DNA from: Myxococcota bacterium
GTDB lineage: Bacteria; Myxococcota_A; UBA9160; UBA6930
Direction: 5' to 3'
NCBI GenBank assembly: GCA_965223415.1
Contig: OZ245002.1
Location: 3,712,001 to 3,776,000 of the forward strand
Length of the DNA: 64,000 nt
Shown here: positions 27,999 through 39,469 of the stretch, piece by piece
Layout: each line of letters starts with the position of its first letter
Position numbering within the stretch: position 1 is the stretch's first letter
The notes under the pieces: generated by a model
Seen by the model: only the letters and a program-made list of their open reading frames with translations
Database searches by the model: none
What the model was told of the DNA's origin: nothing
Translations under genes and position numbers: made by a program

Positions 27999-30935
27999 TC
28001 ACCCTCCCGAGCCGAGGCGCTCGAGGGAGCCCTCCAGGCCCTCGATCCGCTCCCGGCAGCGGGTGGCGCGGGTGCGGGTCTCCTCCACCACCTCCGGCGG
28101 CGCCTTCGAGACGTAGCCCTCGTTGGCCAGCTTGCGCTCGTAGCCCTGGAGCTCCTTGCGGGCCTTGGCCAGGTCCTTCTCCACCCGTTCGCGCTCGGCG
28201 TCGAGATCGATCAGCCCCTCGAGGGGCAGCACGACCTGGAGATCCGGCTCCGCGTGCACGGCGGCCTGGGTGGGGACCTCGTAGCCGCCGGGCTCGGTCA
28301 CCTGCAGCTCGGAGAGCTGGGCCAGCCGCTGCACCTCACCGGCCAGGCCCGTCAGGCTGGCGCGCACGGCGGCGTCCTCGGCCAGGATCACGGCGGGCAC
28401 CCGCTGGCGCTGGGGCAGGCCCGACTCCTGGCGCAGGTTGCGGAGCCGGCCGACGGCGCGGATCACCCGGTCGAGCTCCGTCTCCGCCTCCGGGTCCACG
28501 AGCGAGCGGTCCGGCTCCGGGAAGGGAGCGACCGCGCAGAACGGCACCCCGTTTCCCCAGCGGGTCGCACGGCCCGGGAGGCGCTGCCAGATCTCCTCGC
28601 TCTGGAACGGACAGATCGGGTGGAGCATTCGCATCGAGGTATCGAGCACGTGGACGAGGACGGCCCGGGTGGTCTGGCGCGTCTCTTGGCTGGCGTCGGG
28701 CATCAGCGCGTCCTTCGCCAGCTCGATGTACCAGTCGCAGAACTCGTTCCAGAAGAACTGGTAGACGCCGTTGGCCGCCTCGTCGAAGCGGTAGCCCTCG
28801 ATCCCCGTGGCCACCCGCTCCGTCGCCGCCTGAAGCCGCGAGAGGATCCAGCGATCCGCCAGCGAGAGCCGTGCGCGGCACGCCGCGAGGGGCGGCGGCT
28901 CTTCCGCCCCCATGCCCATCAACGCGAAGCGCGTGCCGTTCCAGACCTTGTTCAGGAAGGCGCGGTAGCCGGCCACCCGCGGGATGGAGAGCTTCACGTC
29001 GCGGCCCTGGCCCGACAGCGCCGCGAGGGAGAAGCGCAGGCCGTCGGCGCCCGAGGCGGGGATGCCGTCCGGGTATTCGTCGCCGATGCCCTTCAGCACC
29101 TTCGGCAGCTGCTGCTCGGGCACCGGGTAGGTCTTCGTCTTGTCGAGCAGCTCTTCCTTCGTGATGCCGTGGATCACGTCGAGGGGATCGATGGCGTTGC
29201 CCAGGGACTTGGACATCTTGCGGCCGTGGGCGTCGCGCACCATGGCGTGCAGGAACACCTGGGCGAAGGGTGCCTCCCCCATGAAGTGGCAGCCGAACAT
29301 CATCATGCGGGCTACCCAGAAGAAGAGGATGTCGAAGCCGGTCTCGAGCACCGCGCCGGGATAGAAGGCGCGCAGGTCTTTCGTGTCGTCCGGCCAGCCG
29401 AGGGTCGCGAAGGGCCACAACCCCGAGGAGAACCAGGTGTCGAGGACGTCCTCCTCCTGCAGGTAGCGCTCGGCGGGAAGGTCTTCGCGGGAGGCCACGG
29501 AGAAGGAGCGCACCAGATCCTCGTCCACCGTGTCGAGGGCGAGGCGCAGCACCTCGGTGCGGGGTGCGTCGCTCCGCAGCGCGCGCAGGGCCCCGGTGTC
29601 GCCGCCCTTGCGTTCGGCGTCGGTCTGGATGGCCGTCTCGAGCTTCTCCAGGTCGTAGAAGACGGGGATGCGGTGCCCCCACCAGAGCTGGCGGCTGATG
29701 CACCAGTCCTGGGGGTTCTTCATGAAGTGATCCCAGGTGCTCTTCCAGCTCGCCGGGATCAGCTCGGTCTGGCCCAGCTCGTCGAAGGCGGCGCAGGCCT
29801 TCTCCGCGAGCGGAGCCGTGCGCACGAAGTACTGGCGCGAGAGCATCGGCTCGACCGTGTCGCTGGAGCGCTCGGAGATCGAGACCGCGTGGGTGATGGC
29901 CTCGCTGCCGCGCGTGAGGCTTCGGGCCTCGAGCTCCGCCTTCACGTTCTCGCGGGCCTCGTAGCGGTCCTGGCCCTGGAAGGGGCCGCCGTTCTCGTTC
30001 ACCCGGGCGTCGAGGTCGAAGATGCCGATGAAGGCGAGCCCGTGGCGCTGGCCCATCTCGAAGTCGTTCGGGTCGTGGGCGGGCGTGACCTTGACGGCGC
30101 CGGTGCCGAACTCTCGGTCGACGAAGGCGTCGGCGATGACGCTGAGCTCCCGCTCCGGAAAGAAGGGATGGCGGAGCGCCTTGCCCACCAGCCCGGCGTA
30201 GCGCTCGTCGTCCGGGTGCACCGCCACCGCCGTATCGCCGAGCATGGTCTCCGGCCGCGTGGTCGCGACGACGATTTCGCCCCCACCCTCGGCCAGCGGA
30301 TAGGCGAAGCGCCACAGCTCGCCCTCCCGCTCCTCGTGCTCCACTTCCTCGTTGGAGAGGGCGGTGCGCGTCGCCGGGTCCCAGTTGATCAGCCGCTCGC
30401 CGCGGTAGATGAGGCCTTCGTCCCAGAGGCGGACGAAAGCCTCCTTCACCGCCCGGGAGCACATCGGGTCCATCGTGAAGCGCTCCCGCGTCCAGTCCGC
30501 GGCGGCGCCCATTTCCTTCAGCTGCTCGACGATGCGGCTGCCGTTGCGCTCCTTCCAGGCCCACACCCGCTCGACGAAGGCCTCCCGCCCGAGATCGTGG
30601 CGGGAGAGCCCCTCGTGGCGTTTGAGCTCGCGCTCCACCACGGCCTGGGTGGCGATGCCGGCGTGATCCACTCCGGGCAGCCACAGGGCGTTCTTGCCCT
30701 TCATGCGGTGGTAGCGGATCAGGACGTCCTGGAGGGTGACGAACAGCGCGTGGCCGTTGTGCAGGGTCCCCGTTACGTTGGGCGGGGGCATCATGATCAC
30801 GTAGGCCTCGCGGCGCCCTTCGAGCGAGTCGGCGGCGTCCGCCCGGAACACGCCGGCGTCGTTCCAGATCGGATACCAGCGCGCCTCGACCTCCGTGGGG
30901 TCGTACGCCTTCGGAAGCGGCTCCATCGCACTCAT
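27999..30935 (-). CDS. valS: Valine--tRNA ligase
   Basis: PPPNVTG, HNGH (HIGH motif), DWCISRQLWWGH, KMSKS, C-terminal coiled coil; start 30935 or 30926. Confidence 0.97.
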   Translation of the reverse strand: MSAMEPLPKAYDPTEVEARWYPIWNDAGVFRADAADSLEGRREAYVIMMPPPNVTGTLHNGHALFVTLQDVLIRYHRMKGKNALWLPGVDHAGIATQAVVERELKRHEGLSRHDLGREAFVERVWAWKERNGSRIVEQLKEMGAAADWTRERFTMDPMCSRAVKEAFVRLWDEGLIYRGERLINWDPATRTALSNEEVEHEEREGELWRFAYPLAEGGGEIVVATTRPETMLGDTAVAVHPDDERYAGLVGKALRHPFFPERELSVIADAFVDREFGTGAVKVTPAHDPNDFEMGQRHGLAFIGIFDLDARVNENGGPFQGQDRYEARENVKAELEARSLTRGSEAITHAVSISERSSDTVEPMLSRQYFVRTAPLAEKACAAFDELGQTELIPASWKSTWDHFMKNPQDWCISRQLWWGHRIPVFYDLEKLETAIQTDAERKGGDTGALRALRSDAPRTEVLRLALDTVDEDLVRSFSVASREDLPAERYLQEEDVLDTWFSSGLWPFATLGWPDDTKDLRAFYPGAVLETGFDILFFWVARMMMFGCHFMGEAPFAQVFLHAMVRDAHGRKMSKSLGNAIDPLDVIHGITKEELLDKTKTYPVPEQQLPKVLKGIGDEYPDGIPASGADGLRFSLAALSGQGRDVKLSIPRVAGYRAFLNKVWNGTRFALMGMGAEEPPPLAACRARLSLADRWILSRLQAATERVATGIEGYRFDEAANGVYQFFWNEFCDWYIELAKDALMPDASQETRQTTRAVLVHVLDTSMRMLHPICPFQSEEIWQRLPGRATRWGNGVPFCAVAPFPEPDRSLVDPEAETELDRVIRAVGRLRNLRQESGLPQRQRVPAVILAEDAAVRASLTGLAGEVQRLAQLSELQVTEPGGYEVPTQAAVHAEPDLQVVLPLEGLIDLDAERERVEKDLAKARKELQGYERKLANEGYVSKAPPEVVEETRTRATRCRERIEGLEGSLERLGSGG

Positions 30936-30965
30936 ACGGCGGCGGAGTGTCGCAGAGGCGCGAGC

Positions 30966-31035
30966 GTGAGACAAAGGGACGTTCCTTTCTGTCTCACGAT
31001 TCCGTGAGACAGAAAGGAACGTCCCTTTGTCTCAC
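30966..31035. repeat. REP doublet: perfect 33-bp inverted repeat with a 4-nt loop, each arm itself palindromic
   Basis: gtgagacaaagggacgttcctttctgtctcacg-attc-reverse complement. Confidence 0.85.
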
Positions 31036-32100
31036 TCAGGGCACGACGGCGACGCCGTCGGGGAAGGCGAGGCCGCGGAGCAGGATCTCCGGGGGCTGGG
31101 GCTCGCCGGCGGCGTCGAAGCGCAGGCGCCATACCTTACCGTCCGGGCCGGGACCGATGGACGGGAAGTCCCAGGTGAGGTCGAGGTCCGCGTAGTAGAG
31201 GGTGCCGTCGGCGCCGCGGGCCAGGCCCATGGGGTGGCCCGTGGCGAAGGGCGGGAGCCAGCCGCCCGGTGCGAGGAGGGTGCGGACCCGCTCGCCGCGG
31301 GCGTCGAGCTCGATGATCTCGCCGGTGAAGACGCTGGCGGCGAGCAGGTGACCGTTCGGCGCGAAAGCGAGGCCCGAGAAGGTGTACCAGCCGCTCGCGA
31401 AGGTCTCGCGCTGCACCGCGTCGGCGAAGGGCGAGCCCACCGGGCCTTCGCCGCCGCAGCCGCCGGCCGCGTCCGGCCCGGTCGGGAAGGGCGGCGTGAA
31501 GCGCTCGATCACGCCACGGCCCGCCGAGGCCAGGTACACCCGACCCTTCCCGTCGATCGCGACGCCACCCGCGGTGCCGATGTCGGTGGCCAGCTTGCAG
31601 AAGCGCCGGCTCGCCTCGCCGGTCTCGGGATAGGCGCTCGGCGGCCCCGGGAATCCCCTGTAGGGCGGGAACCAGAGGAAGAGCTGTCCCTTGCCAGCGC
31701 CGAAGCCCTGGTTGCCGACGGAGCTGGTGAAGAGCCGGCCTCGCCCGTCGAAGGCGCAGCCGAAGGGCTCGCCCTGGGGCACACGGAAGGTGCCCGCCAG
31801 CTTCGCGACCTGCCGGCCCTCCCGGTCGAAGACGCCCCAGCCGGGCCGCGTGTCCGGCTGGCCCGTGTCTTCGCCCGCCAGGAACCGCCCGCTCCCGTCC
31901 GGCAACAGGCACACCATCCCGTTCACGTCTCGTCCCAGGGCGCCGCCCAGGGCTGCGTTCTCGACCACGATCTCCGGCCCGGCGGCGAGGTTCGCGAGAT
32001 CCAGCCGCAGCAGGCGATTGCCTTCCGTGACGAGCAGGTGCTCGCCACCGGCGGCCGCCGGCAGCCAGCACGCGAGGACCAAGCCGGCGATTCGCTTCAT
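31036..32100 (-). CDS. Secreted beta-propeller protein (NHL/SMP-30-like)
   Basis: Signal peptide MKRIAG; repeated G(L/V)AFD/GLAR blades. Confidence 0.7.
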   Translation of the reverse strand: MKRIAGLVLACWLPAAAGGEHLLVTEGNRLLRLDLANLAAGPEIVVENAALGGALGRDVNGMVCLLPDGSGRFLAGEDTGQPDTRPGWGVFDREGRQVAKLAGTFRVPQGEPFGCAFDGRGRLFTSSVGNQGFGAGKGQLFLWFPPYRGFPGPPSAYPETGEASRRFCKLATDIGTAGGVAIDGKGRVYLASAGRGVIERFTPPFPTGPDAAGGCGGEGPVGSPFADAVQRETFASGWYTFSGLAFAPNGHLLAASVFTGEIIELDARGERVRTLLAPGGWLPPFATGHPMGLARGADGTLYYADLDLTWDFPSIGPGPDGKVWRLRFDAAGEPQPPEILLRGLAFPDGVAVVP

Positions 32101-32129
32101 GGGGCGCAGGGTACCGCGCCCGCCGACCG

Positions 32130-32870
32130 CTACAGACGGAAGGGACCCGTGAGCTCGTCCAGCAGACGGGAGAGCGCCGCGACGTCGTCGGGCCCCATCT
32201 CCAGGAACTGCACGCCCATGCCGCCGGGCAGGTCCGGGCGCGGCGGCGCCTCGCCTTCGTGGGTGTGGGCGACCCGGGCCCGCAAGAACACCGACGCAGG
32301 TTGGAGCGGGAGCTCCAGGTCCACCTCGGTGCCCTCGTCGAAGGGCGGCTCGACGCCCAGGTAGGCGCCGCCGGTGGAGAGATCGCAGACGATCGCCTGT
32401 CGTCGCTGGCCATCCTGCAGGGTGCCGGCGAAGAGCTGGGCCGGCACGCGCAGGTTCTTGCGCCGCTCGGTCGGATCGCCGGCCATCAGCGCCGCCGCGG
32501 TGACGAAGCGCAGCTCCCGGGGCTCGAAAGGCTCCCACAGGCACCAGCGCACGCCGCGCCGGCGCAGGTGGCTGGTCACCGGGAGATCCGGCTCCAGGCC
32601 GACCGGCACGAGGGACTCGACGCCGCCCCCGAGCCGCGGGCAGACCCTCTCGATGAGTCCGTCGAAGTCGGAGGGCTCCAGCGAAGATGGAACCAGCAGC
32701 GCTCCGAGCCGCTCCGTCTCCTGGCTGGCCAGGAGCATCGCCTCGTCCGGGTCGGCGGCATACAGCACGTCGATGCCGTTCTCGATCAGGGTCAGGGCGG
32801 CGCGGCCGAGCTCACCGGCATCCGAGTCGAAGATGAGGGCGAAGCGCTCGTACTCCACGATACGACGCAC
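32130..32870 (-). CDS. PilZ-domain protein with a degenerate receiver-like N-terminus
   Basis: ERRKNLR (RxxxR), DLSTGG (DxSxxG), GMGVQF. Confidence 0.8.
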   Translation of the reverse strand: MRRIVEYERFALIFDSDAGELGRAALTLIENGIDVLYAADPDEAMLLASQETERLGALLVPSSLEPSDFDGLIERVCPRLGGGVESLVPVGLEPDLPVTSHLRRRGVRWCLWEPFEPRELRFVTAAALMAGDPTERRKNLRVPAQLFAGTLQDGQRRQAIVCDLSTGGAYLGVEPPFDEGTEVDLELPLQPASVFLRARVAHTHEGEAPPRPDLPGGMGVQFLEMGPDDVAALSRLLDELTGPFRL

Positions 32871-32903
32871 ATCGGCTGGGCGGAGAGCCGGCTGTAGCCG
32901 GGC

Positions 32904-35900
32904 CTAGAGCGTCATGACGTAGGCGACGAGGTCCCGCAGCTCCTCCGGCTCGAGCGCCAGCCCCATCGGCGGCATGCCGCTCGAGGGCTCGGTCCGGCGG
33001 GAGATCTCCGCTTCGTCGATCTCCACCTCCTGGCCGTCCCCGACCCGCAGCCGCAGGGCCTCGCCGTTCGCCTCCAGCAGGGTGCCCGTGACGATGCCGC
33101 CGTTCCGGCGGGTGACCGCCACCGTTGCGTAGCCCGGGGCGATCTCGGCCTGGGGATCGAGGACCGAGCGAAGCACGTGCTCGGCGCCGCGTTCTCCGAC
33201 GCCGGCCAGGTCCGGCCCGGCCTGGGCGCCGTGGCCGCCCCCGGCGTGACAGCGCTGGCAGTCGCCGGCGCCCTGGAAGACGATCCGGCCCCGCTCCGGC
33301 GCCCCGCCCGCCAGGGCCCAGCCCCGGGCCGCCACCGGATCCGCATCGGCGAGGGAGGTCTCCCAGGCGGCCAGGGCCCGGGCGACCGCTTCCGACTCCC
33401 GGCGGCGTGCCGCTTCCAGCGCATCCAGGCTCACGTCGCCGTCCAGGGATCCCTCCGTGAGCCGTTCGACCGCCTCGGCGAGGAAGGCGTCGGCGGCGGG
33501 GCCGGGCAGGCCGCCGGCCGTCGCCCAGCTTCGCTGGCGCTCGAGGAGCGGCGCATCGGCGGGTAGCGCCCGCACGGCCTCGAGGGCGGCCTCGGGATCC
33601 CGGACCGCCAGCAGGTCGCGGGCCTCGGCCCGGAGCGCCGGCGCCTCGCTCGCCAGGGCGCCGGCGAGGGCGTCCGGGAGCCCCGCCGCGTCCCCGCGCG
33701 CCGCGAGGGCCCGCAGGCTGGCCACACGGCGATCCGCCTCGAGGGACCGGTCCGTCACCCGGGCGGCCAGCTCGTCGTCGTCCAGGGGCACCCGGTCGTA
33801 GGCCAGCGCCACCTCCAGCGCCCGCCCGCCGAGCTCCCCCTCGACGAGGGCGGGGCCGAAGCGGTCGAGGGCGGCGTGCACGACCTCGGCGGGACGCTCC
33901 GGAAGCGGGCGATGGAAGCCCATCACGAGCTCCCGCGGCGCGGGCTCCGTGAACTCGGCCAGGCTCTCCAGGGCGAGCTGCCGCATGGCCAGCGGGTGCC
34001 GCACATCGGCGGCGTGGGCGGCCAGGGCCAGGGCGGCGGCCTCGGTGCCGAGGCTGCGGTTCGCGTCGATGACGCGCCGGTGCAGCGCCAGGCTCGACTG
34101 GGGGTCGTCGTCTCTCGGAAGCCGCGCGGCGGGCAGGGCCGCCAGGGCCGACAAGGCCTCCGGGATCGGCAGGTCGTGGATCGCCCGGGCGGCCTCCAGG
34201 ACGAGAAAGGGATCCGGGTCGGCGAGGTAGCGTGCGAGGCGCGGATCGCCGGCGTGGCGCAGGGCCAGCAGCACGCCCAGGCGCACCGAGCGGGAATCGT
34301 CGCCGGCGTGGGCGAGCAGCGCCTCGTCGTCGCCGATACGGAACAGCGCGAAGGAGGCGGCGTGGCGCAGGTAGACGTCGGCGTCGGCGTTCTCCCGGAG
34401 GAGCTCGACCAGGGGAGCCACGGCCTCCCGGGCACCGAGGCGGCCCAGGGACTGGGCCGCGAAGAACCGCACGCGAGGCTCTGCATCCCCGAGCGCCGCG
34501 AGCAGCGCCGGGACGAAGGCTCCGGCGCCCGCCTCGCCCGCCACCTTGGCCAGCTGGGCGCGAAGCTCGCCCGGCGCCTCGGGGCTCGCCAGGAGCTCTC
34601 CGAGCCCCGCGGCTTCCAGGGCGCCCGCGCCGAGCTGGCCCAGGCCCCACAGCCCGTGCAGACGCGGAACCAGCTCGGCCCCCGTTTCGCGCACCCGCGC
34701 CGCGAAGGGCGCGGGATCCCCGCGCCGGGCCAGCTCGAGCTGGGCGCGCAGGCGCAGCCGCCGGTCGGCGTGGCCGAGTAGCCCGGCGAGCTCCTCGCTC
34801 CCCCGACCTTCGAACCCCTCGCGTACCGCCCGCGCCACCTCCGCCACCCGCGGATCGGCCACGGCGGTCTGGTGGCGGAACACCCGGATCGCCTGGGTCA
34901 TCCCGAACTGGTCGAACTCGGAGACGACGAGCCGGCCGTCGTAGGCGAAGTCCACGTCGGTGGCGAGCAGGTTGCCGGCGAACATGTGCTCGTCCGTGAG
35001 CTCGAAGTGGGCGCCCTTCGGCCGCAGGGCGAAGGACCAGATCCCGCTCATCGCGGCCTGGTAGCGGTAGTCGCAAAGAAAGAAGTGGCCCCGGTAGCGC
35101 TCGGGCAGGCCGGTGCCCGGATAGGCGGCGAAGCCGGCCGGGCCGCTGCCGAGGTGGGCGATCGGCGGCAGCACCCAGGCGGGCTGGCCCGCGTGCTGGA
35201 GCTCCCACAGGCGTTCCGCGTTCCAGGGCCCGCGCACGTAGTCGTCGACCAGGGTCTGGTAGGGCATCGCCCAGCCGGTCTCCCCGCCGTCGACCAGGTA
35301 GACGACCCGCGCGAGATCGCCGCCGTCGCCGTTGTTGTCGCCGGTGAAGAGGTTGCCGTGATCGTCGAAGGCCAGCTCCTGGGGGTTGCGCACGCCGGTG
35401 GCGAAGACCTCGACGTCGCTGCCGTCCGGGTTCATGCGCAGCACGGCGCCCCGGCCCGGGCCCATCGTGGGCGTGAGCTGCCGTCCCTCGCGGGTGGTGA
35501 CGTGGTATCCCCGGTCGCCGACGGACCAGTAGATCTTCCCGTCCGGGCCCCAGGCGAGGCCGTGCATGTCGTGGCCGACCAGGGAGGTCTTCACGCCGTA
35601 GCCCGTCGAGAGCACCTCGCGCACCTCCGCCGCGCCGTCGTCGTCCGCGTCCCGAAGGCGGTAGAGGCTGGGGATCGAGGTGACGTAGACATCACCTTCG
35701 TGGGCGAGGACGCCGGCGATGAGGCCGTCGGTCCAGTCCTGGAAGCGGGCGACCTCGTCGACCCGGTCGGCGCGCCCGTCGTCGTCACTGTCGACGAGGC
35801 GGATCAGCCGGTCCGCCTTGCGAGTGAAGTGGTCGGCGTCGAAGTGCTCGGTGGCGGCCCACTTCTCGTAGTAGGCGCGGCGATCGGCCACGCTCCTCGA

Positions 35901-36239
35901 GGCCAGGTCGTCGAGCAGCCAGCCGTCCGGCGTGAAGCGGTTGTCCTCCACGCCGCCCTGGTTCATGCGGTCGCCCTCGGCCACGTAGACCCGCCCATGC
36001 TCGTCGACCTCGATCGCGACCGGCACCGCCGGGAGCAGGCCCTCCTCGAAGGGGAGCTCCTCCATGCCTTCGATCAGCTCCGTCGGACAGCCCACCACGG
36101 CGCACCACACGGCGCCCGGCGCCAGCTGGACCGCGTAGATCGCCACCTGCCAGGCGGGAATGCCGTAGTCCGTCTGCCAGCAGCCGGGCGTTACGAGACC
36201 GAGGGCCGTGGCGAGCAGGGCGACGCGGGCCCGCTTCAA
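32904..36239 (-). CDS. PVC-type heme-binding lipoprotein (beta-propeller dehydrogenase-like domain + HEAT repeats + cytochrome c)
   Basis: TTG start overlaps the upstream stop; lipobox [38 protein letters not shown]. Confidence 0.82.
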   Translation of the reverse strand: MKRARVALLATALGLVTPGCWQTDYGIPAWQVAIYAVQLAPGAVWCAVVGCPTELIEGMEELPFEEGLLPAVPVAIEVDEHGRVYVAEGDRMNQGGVEDNRFTPDGWLLDDLASRSVADRRAYYEKWAATEHFDADHFTRKADRLIRLVDSDDDGRADRVDEVARFQDWTDGLIAGVLAHEGDVYVTSIPSLYRLRDADDDGAAEVREVLSTGYGVKTSLVGHDMHGLAWGPDGKIYWSVGDRGYHVTTREGRQLTPTMGPGRGAVLRMNPDGSDVEVFATGVRNPQELAFDDHGNLFTGDNNGDGGDLARVVYLVDGGETGWAMPYQTLVDDYVRGPWNAERLWELQHAGQPAWVLPPIAHLGSGPAGFAAYPGTGLPERYRGHFFLCDYRYQAAMSGIWSFALRPKGAHFELTDEHMFAGNLLATDVDFAYDGRLVVSEFDQFGMTQAIRVFRHQTAVADPRVAEVARAVREGFEGRGSEELAGLLGHADRRLRLRAQLELARRGDPAPFAARVRETGAELVPRLHGLWGLGQLGAGALEAAGLGELLASPEAPGELRAQLAKVAGEAGAGAFVPALLAALGDAEPRVRFFAAQSLGRLGAREAVAPLVELLRENADADVYLRHAASFALFRIGDDEALLAHAGDDSRSVRLGVLLALRHAGDPRLARYLADPDPFLVLEAARAIHDLPIPEALSALAALPAARLPRDDDPQSSLALHRRVIDANRSLGTEAAALALAAHAADVRHPLAMRQLALESLAEFTEPAPRELVMGFHRPLPERPAEVVHAALDRFGPALVEGELGGRALEVALAYDRVPLDDDELAARVTDRSLEADRRVASLRALAARGDAAGLPDALAGALASEAPALRAEARDLLAVRDPEAALEAVRALPADAPLLERQRSWATAGGLPGPAADAFLAEAVERLTEGSLDGDVSLDALEAARRRESEAVARALAAWETSLADADPVAARGWALAGGAPERGRIVFQGAGDCQRCHAGGGHGAQAGPDLAGVGERGAEHVLRSVLDPQAEIAPGYATVAVTRRNGGIVTGTLLEANGEALRLRVGDGQEVEIDEAEISRRTEPSSGMPPMGLALEPEELRDLVAYVMTL

Positions 36240-37354
36240 GGGCGCTCCCAGCTCCGGTTCTCGTGGGAGCGCTCCACCGCATCCAGCACGCGCTGGTTGC
36301 GCACGCCGTCCTCGAAGTTCGGTGTGGGGGAGGCGCCGGCCGCGATGCCGCGCAAGAAGTCGAGCACCGTGTGGGTGAAGGTGTGCTCGTAGCCCAGGAT
36401 GTGGCCCGGCGGCCACCAGGCCTCCACGTAGGGGTGGCTCGGGTCCGTCGCCAGGACGGTCCGGAAGCCACTCTCCGGTCCCTCCTCCTCGTACACCTCG
36501 AGCTCGTTCATGCGCTCGAGGTCGAAGGCCAGGGAGCCCCGGCTGCCGTTGATCTCGAAGCGGTTGTAGTTCTTGCGGCCGGGGGCGAAGCGCGAGCCCT
36601 CGACGCTGCCGATGGCTCCGTTCTCGAAGCGGAGCAGGGCCAGCGCGGCGTCGTCCACGTCCACCGGGCCCCGGCCGCTGCCGTCCTCCAGGGGTCGCTC
36701 GGAGACGAAGGTCTCGAGCAGGCCCGACACCTCCGCGATCTCCCCGACCAGGAAGCGGGCGAGGTCGAGGGAGTGGGAGCCGATGTCGCCGAGGGAGCCG
36801 CTGCCGGCCCGGGCCTTCTCGAGCCGCCACACGCGGGGGAACTCCGGGTCCACGATCCAGTCCTGGAGGTAGGTGCCCCGGTAGTGGTGGAGGCGGCCGA
36901 GCCGGCCCTCGTCGAGGAGGCGCTTCGCGAGCTGCACGGCCGGTGCCCGGCGGTAGTTGTGGCAGAGCATGTGGACGATGCCGGCCTTCCGGGCCGCCTC
37001 CAACATCTGCTCGGCCTCGTCGGTGCGGTTCGCGAGGGGCTTCTCGCACAGGATCGCCTTGCCGGCTTCGGCGGCACCGAGGACGATCGGGTGGTGGGAG
37101 TCGCCGGGCGTGCACACGTCCACCACGTCGACGTCGCCGCGGCGGACCACCTCCCGCCAGTCGGTCGCGTGCTCGGCGAAGCCGAAGCGCTCCGCCGCCG
37201 CGGCCACCTCGGGCTCGTTGCGCCCGCACACGACGCGGAGCTCCGGCTCGAAGGGCAGGTCGAAGAAGCGCGCGACCTGGCGCCAGGCATTCGAGTGGGC
37301 GCGGCCCATGAACTGGTAGCCGATCATCGCCACCCCGAGCTTCGGCTTCGCCAC
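36236..37354 (-). CDS. Gfo/Idh/MocA oxidoreductase
   Basis: [25 protein letters not shown]. Confidence 0.92.
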   Translation of the reverse strand: MAKPKLGVAMIGYQFMGRAHSNAWRQVARFFDLPFEPELRVVCGRNEPEVAAAAERFGFAEHATDWREVVRRGDVDVVDVCTPGDSHHPIVLGAAEAGKAILCEKPLANRTDEAEQMLEAARKAGIVHMLCHNYRRAPAVQLAKRLLDEGRLGRLHHYRGTYLQDWIVDPEFPRVWRLEKARAGSGSLGDIGSHSLDLARFLVGEIAEVSGLLETFVSERPLEDGSGRGPVDVDDAALALLRFENGAIGSVEGSRFAPGRKNYNRFEINGSRGSLAFDLERMNELEVYEEEGPESGFRTVLATDPSHPYVEAWWPPGHILGYEHTFTHTVLDFLRGIAAGASPTPNFEDGVRNQRVLDAVERSHENRSWERP

Positions 37355-37358
37355 CCGC

Positions 37359-38600
37359 CTAGCTCCGGTAGGCCTGGCGGCCCACGCCCTGCACCGGGAT
37401 GCCCTGGGCGGGCAGCACCTCGTGCTGGAGCGCATACATGCTCGCGGCGGCCCGATCGATCGCGCGGGTGAAGGCGATCGAGCCCTTCAGGATCGGCAGC
37501 AGCGCCTCCTTCTCCTGCACCCGCGCCGGCGGGTACTCGTGCTCGACGATGAGCGGCGTCCGGGCCACGTCGAGCTCCAGGAGCTCCCGGGCGGCGAGCT
37601 GGTGATCGAGCCAGTCGACTGTCTTGTTCTGCAGGTAGGCGAGGGGATCGTGGCGGGCGGTGCCGGGCAGCTCGTGCTCGCACAGGACCGTCTGCTTCTT
37701 CCAGGCGTTGCCCTGGTCCGCAGGGCTCGCGGAGGGCTCACCGTCCTTCCAATCGCCGCGCTCCACGGTCTGGCCGCCGTAGCCCCAGGCCGCCACGCCC
37801 TTCGGGTCGATGACCTGCCCCTTCACGTGGAAGCCCGAGATGAGGAACGGGTAGCCCTCGTCCCGGAGCACCTGGAAGATCGCGCGGGTGTCCTGCCCCA
37901 TCAGGACGGCGTGGGACGGGTCGTAGTGGACCCGCAGCTGGTCCCCGACCCCGTGCTTCTCGCAGACGCGGTGGAGCGCGATCCACGGGCCCGGCGCGTA
38001 GGCGATGTTGTTGTGGAAAGCGTCGCCGGTGGTCCAGCCGGGCATCGGGCACTGCTCGATGCGGTACTCGAGGCCCCGCGCCTTGGCTTCCCGGAGCAGG
38101 GGGACGAAGCTCTCCTCGAAGTCGAGCAGGTTCTGGTCCATCGAGAGCTTGTGGTTGCGGCCGACGAAGCCGCACACCGCCGGCGCCTCCAGCAGCACCG
38201 CCGCGTCGAAGACCCGCAGCATGAACTCGTGCTTCTTGCGGCGAACCGCCGCCTCCTCGTGGAGCATGTTGTCGAAGTAGCCCAGGTCCGCGATCGCCAC
38301 GCCGGTGGACTTGACGGCGGCCTGCACGCGGCTAGCCCGTTCGCGGTCGAAGGGCGCGCGCAGGTCGAGGGTGTTGGCCACCGGGTCGAGCATGGCCTCC
38401 GCGGGCACGTCGGACTCGTCCGGGTGCAGGGCCGCAGCGAGCTGGATGCACTCCACGTCGAGCTCGGCGGCGAAGGCCAGCCACTCCTCGATGGCGAGGT
38501 CCGGGTCCGGATCCCGCCGCTCTCGGGGCGTCAGCTCCTGCAGGGCGGCGGTCAGCACGCCGACCGGCATGTACTGGGGCTCGAAGGATCGGGTGGTCAT
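37359..38600 (-). CDS. Sugar-phosphate isomerase/epimerase (xylose-isomerase-like TIM barrel)
   Basis: IEQCPM, YDPSH, FHVKG, IVEHE metal ligands. Confidence 0.82.
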   Translation of the reverse strand: MTTRSFEPQYMPVGVLTAALQELTPRERRDPDPDLAIEEWLAFAAELDVECIQLAAALHPDESDVPAEAMLDPVANTLDLRAPFDRERASRVQAAVKSTGVAIADLGYFDNMLHEEAAVRRKKHEFMLRVFDAAVLLEAPAVCGFVGRNHKLSMDQNLLDFEESFVPLLREAKARGLEYRIEQCPMPGWTTGDAFHNNIAYAPGPWIALHRVCEKHGVGDQLRVHYDPSHAVLMGQDTRAIFQVLRDEGYPFLISGFHVKGQVIDPKGVAAWGYGGQTVERGDWKDGEPSASPADQGNAWKKQTVLCEHELPGTARHDPLAYLQNKTVDWLDHQLAARELLELDVARTPLIVEHEYPPARVQEKEALLPILKGSIAFTRAIDRAAASMYALQHEVLPAQGIPVQGVGRQAYRS

Positions 38601-39469
38601 GCTCCTCCTCCGTTGGCGCGGCGCTCCCACTCGCGTTTCATGAAGGCCAGGCCGTCCCGGGCCAGGCCCTCCTCGTCGTCGAACATGCGCCGCCAGATCT
38701 TCGTGGCCGCGGCCAGACCCGGCAGCGCCGAGCCGAAGGCCTCGATGGTCAGCCAGCCGTCGTAGCCCGTGGCGGCCAGGGCGTCGAACGTGTCGTCCCA
38801 GCGCACCTGGCCGGCGCCGGGGGTGCTGCGGTCGTTCTCCGAGACGTGCACGTGACGGATGGCCGTCCCGGCCCGGCGGATCGCCGCGCCCGGATCCTTC
38901 TCCTCGATGTGGGCGTGGAAGGTGTCGTAGTGCACGCCGGCGCCCGGCCGACCGAGCTCCCGGACGTAGCGGGCCGTGTCCTCCGTGCTGTTGAGCAGGT
39001 AGATCTCGAAGCGGTTCAGGAACTCGAAGACGAGGGTGATGCCGGCCCGGGCCGCGTGGTCCGCCGCGTGGCCCATCACCTCGAGGCTGTGGGTCCACTC
39101 CCCGTTGGTGGGCCCCTCGCCGCTGAAGCGGCCGATGGCCGCGTAGAGCGGACCGCCCAGGATCTCCGCACCCGCCGCCTCCGCGCAGTCGACGGCGTGG
39201 CACAGCGCCGAGACGGCCGCCTTGCGCACCGCCGGGTCCGGCGAGATCGGATCGTCCTCCTCGTTGCGCACGCAGATGGCGGTGCGCGCGAGGCCCATGT
39301 CCTCGAGCCGGGCGCCGAGCTCCGCGAAGCTCTCGGGCTCGCCGCCGAAGATCGGCAGCTCGAGCCCGTCGAAGCCCATGGCCGCGAGCCGCTCGTAGAG
39401 GGGCAGCAGCGACTCCTGGGTGGGGTCGTCGGTCCACAGGAGCAGGTTCATGCCGTAGCGCACGCTCAT
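38597..39469 (-). CDS. D-tagatose/psicose 3-epimerase-like TIM barrel
   Basis: [29 protein letters not shown]. Confidence 0.88.
   Translation of the reverse strand: MSVRYGMNLLLWTDDPTQESLLPLYERLAAMGFDGLELPIFGGEPESFAELGARLEDMGLARTAICVRNEEDDPISPDPAVRKAAVSALCHAVDCAEAAGAEILGGPLYAAIGRFSGEGPTNGEWTHSLEVMGHAADHAARAGITLVFEFLNRFEIYLLNSTEDTARYVRELGRPGAGVHYDTFHAHIEEKDPGAAIRRAGTAIRHVHVSENDRSTPGAGQVRWDDTFDALAATGYDGWLTIEAFGSALPGLAAATKIWRRMFDDEEGLARDGLAFMKREWERRANGGGA

Noticed and set aside
23567..31007. Very long alternative-frame ORFs (e.g. 23567..27484, 27927..31007; also 12587..14986 and 46476..49115)
   Set aside because: Shadow ORFs typical of high-GC DNA, antisense or off-frame to well-supported genes and with no motifs of their own.
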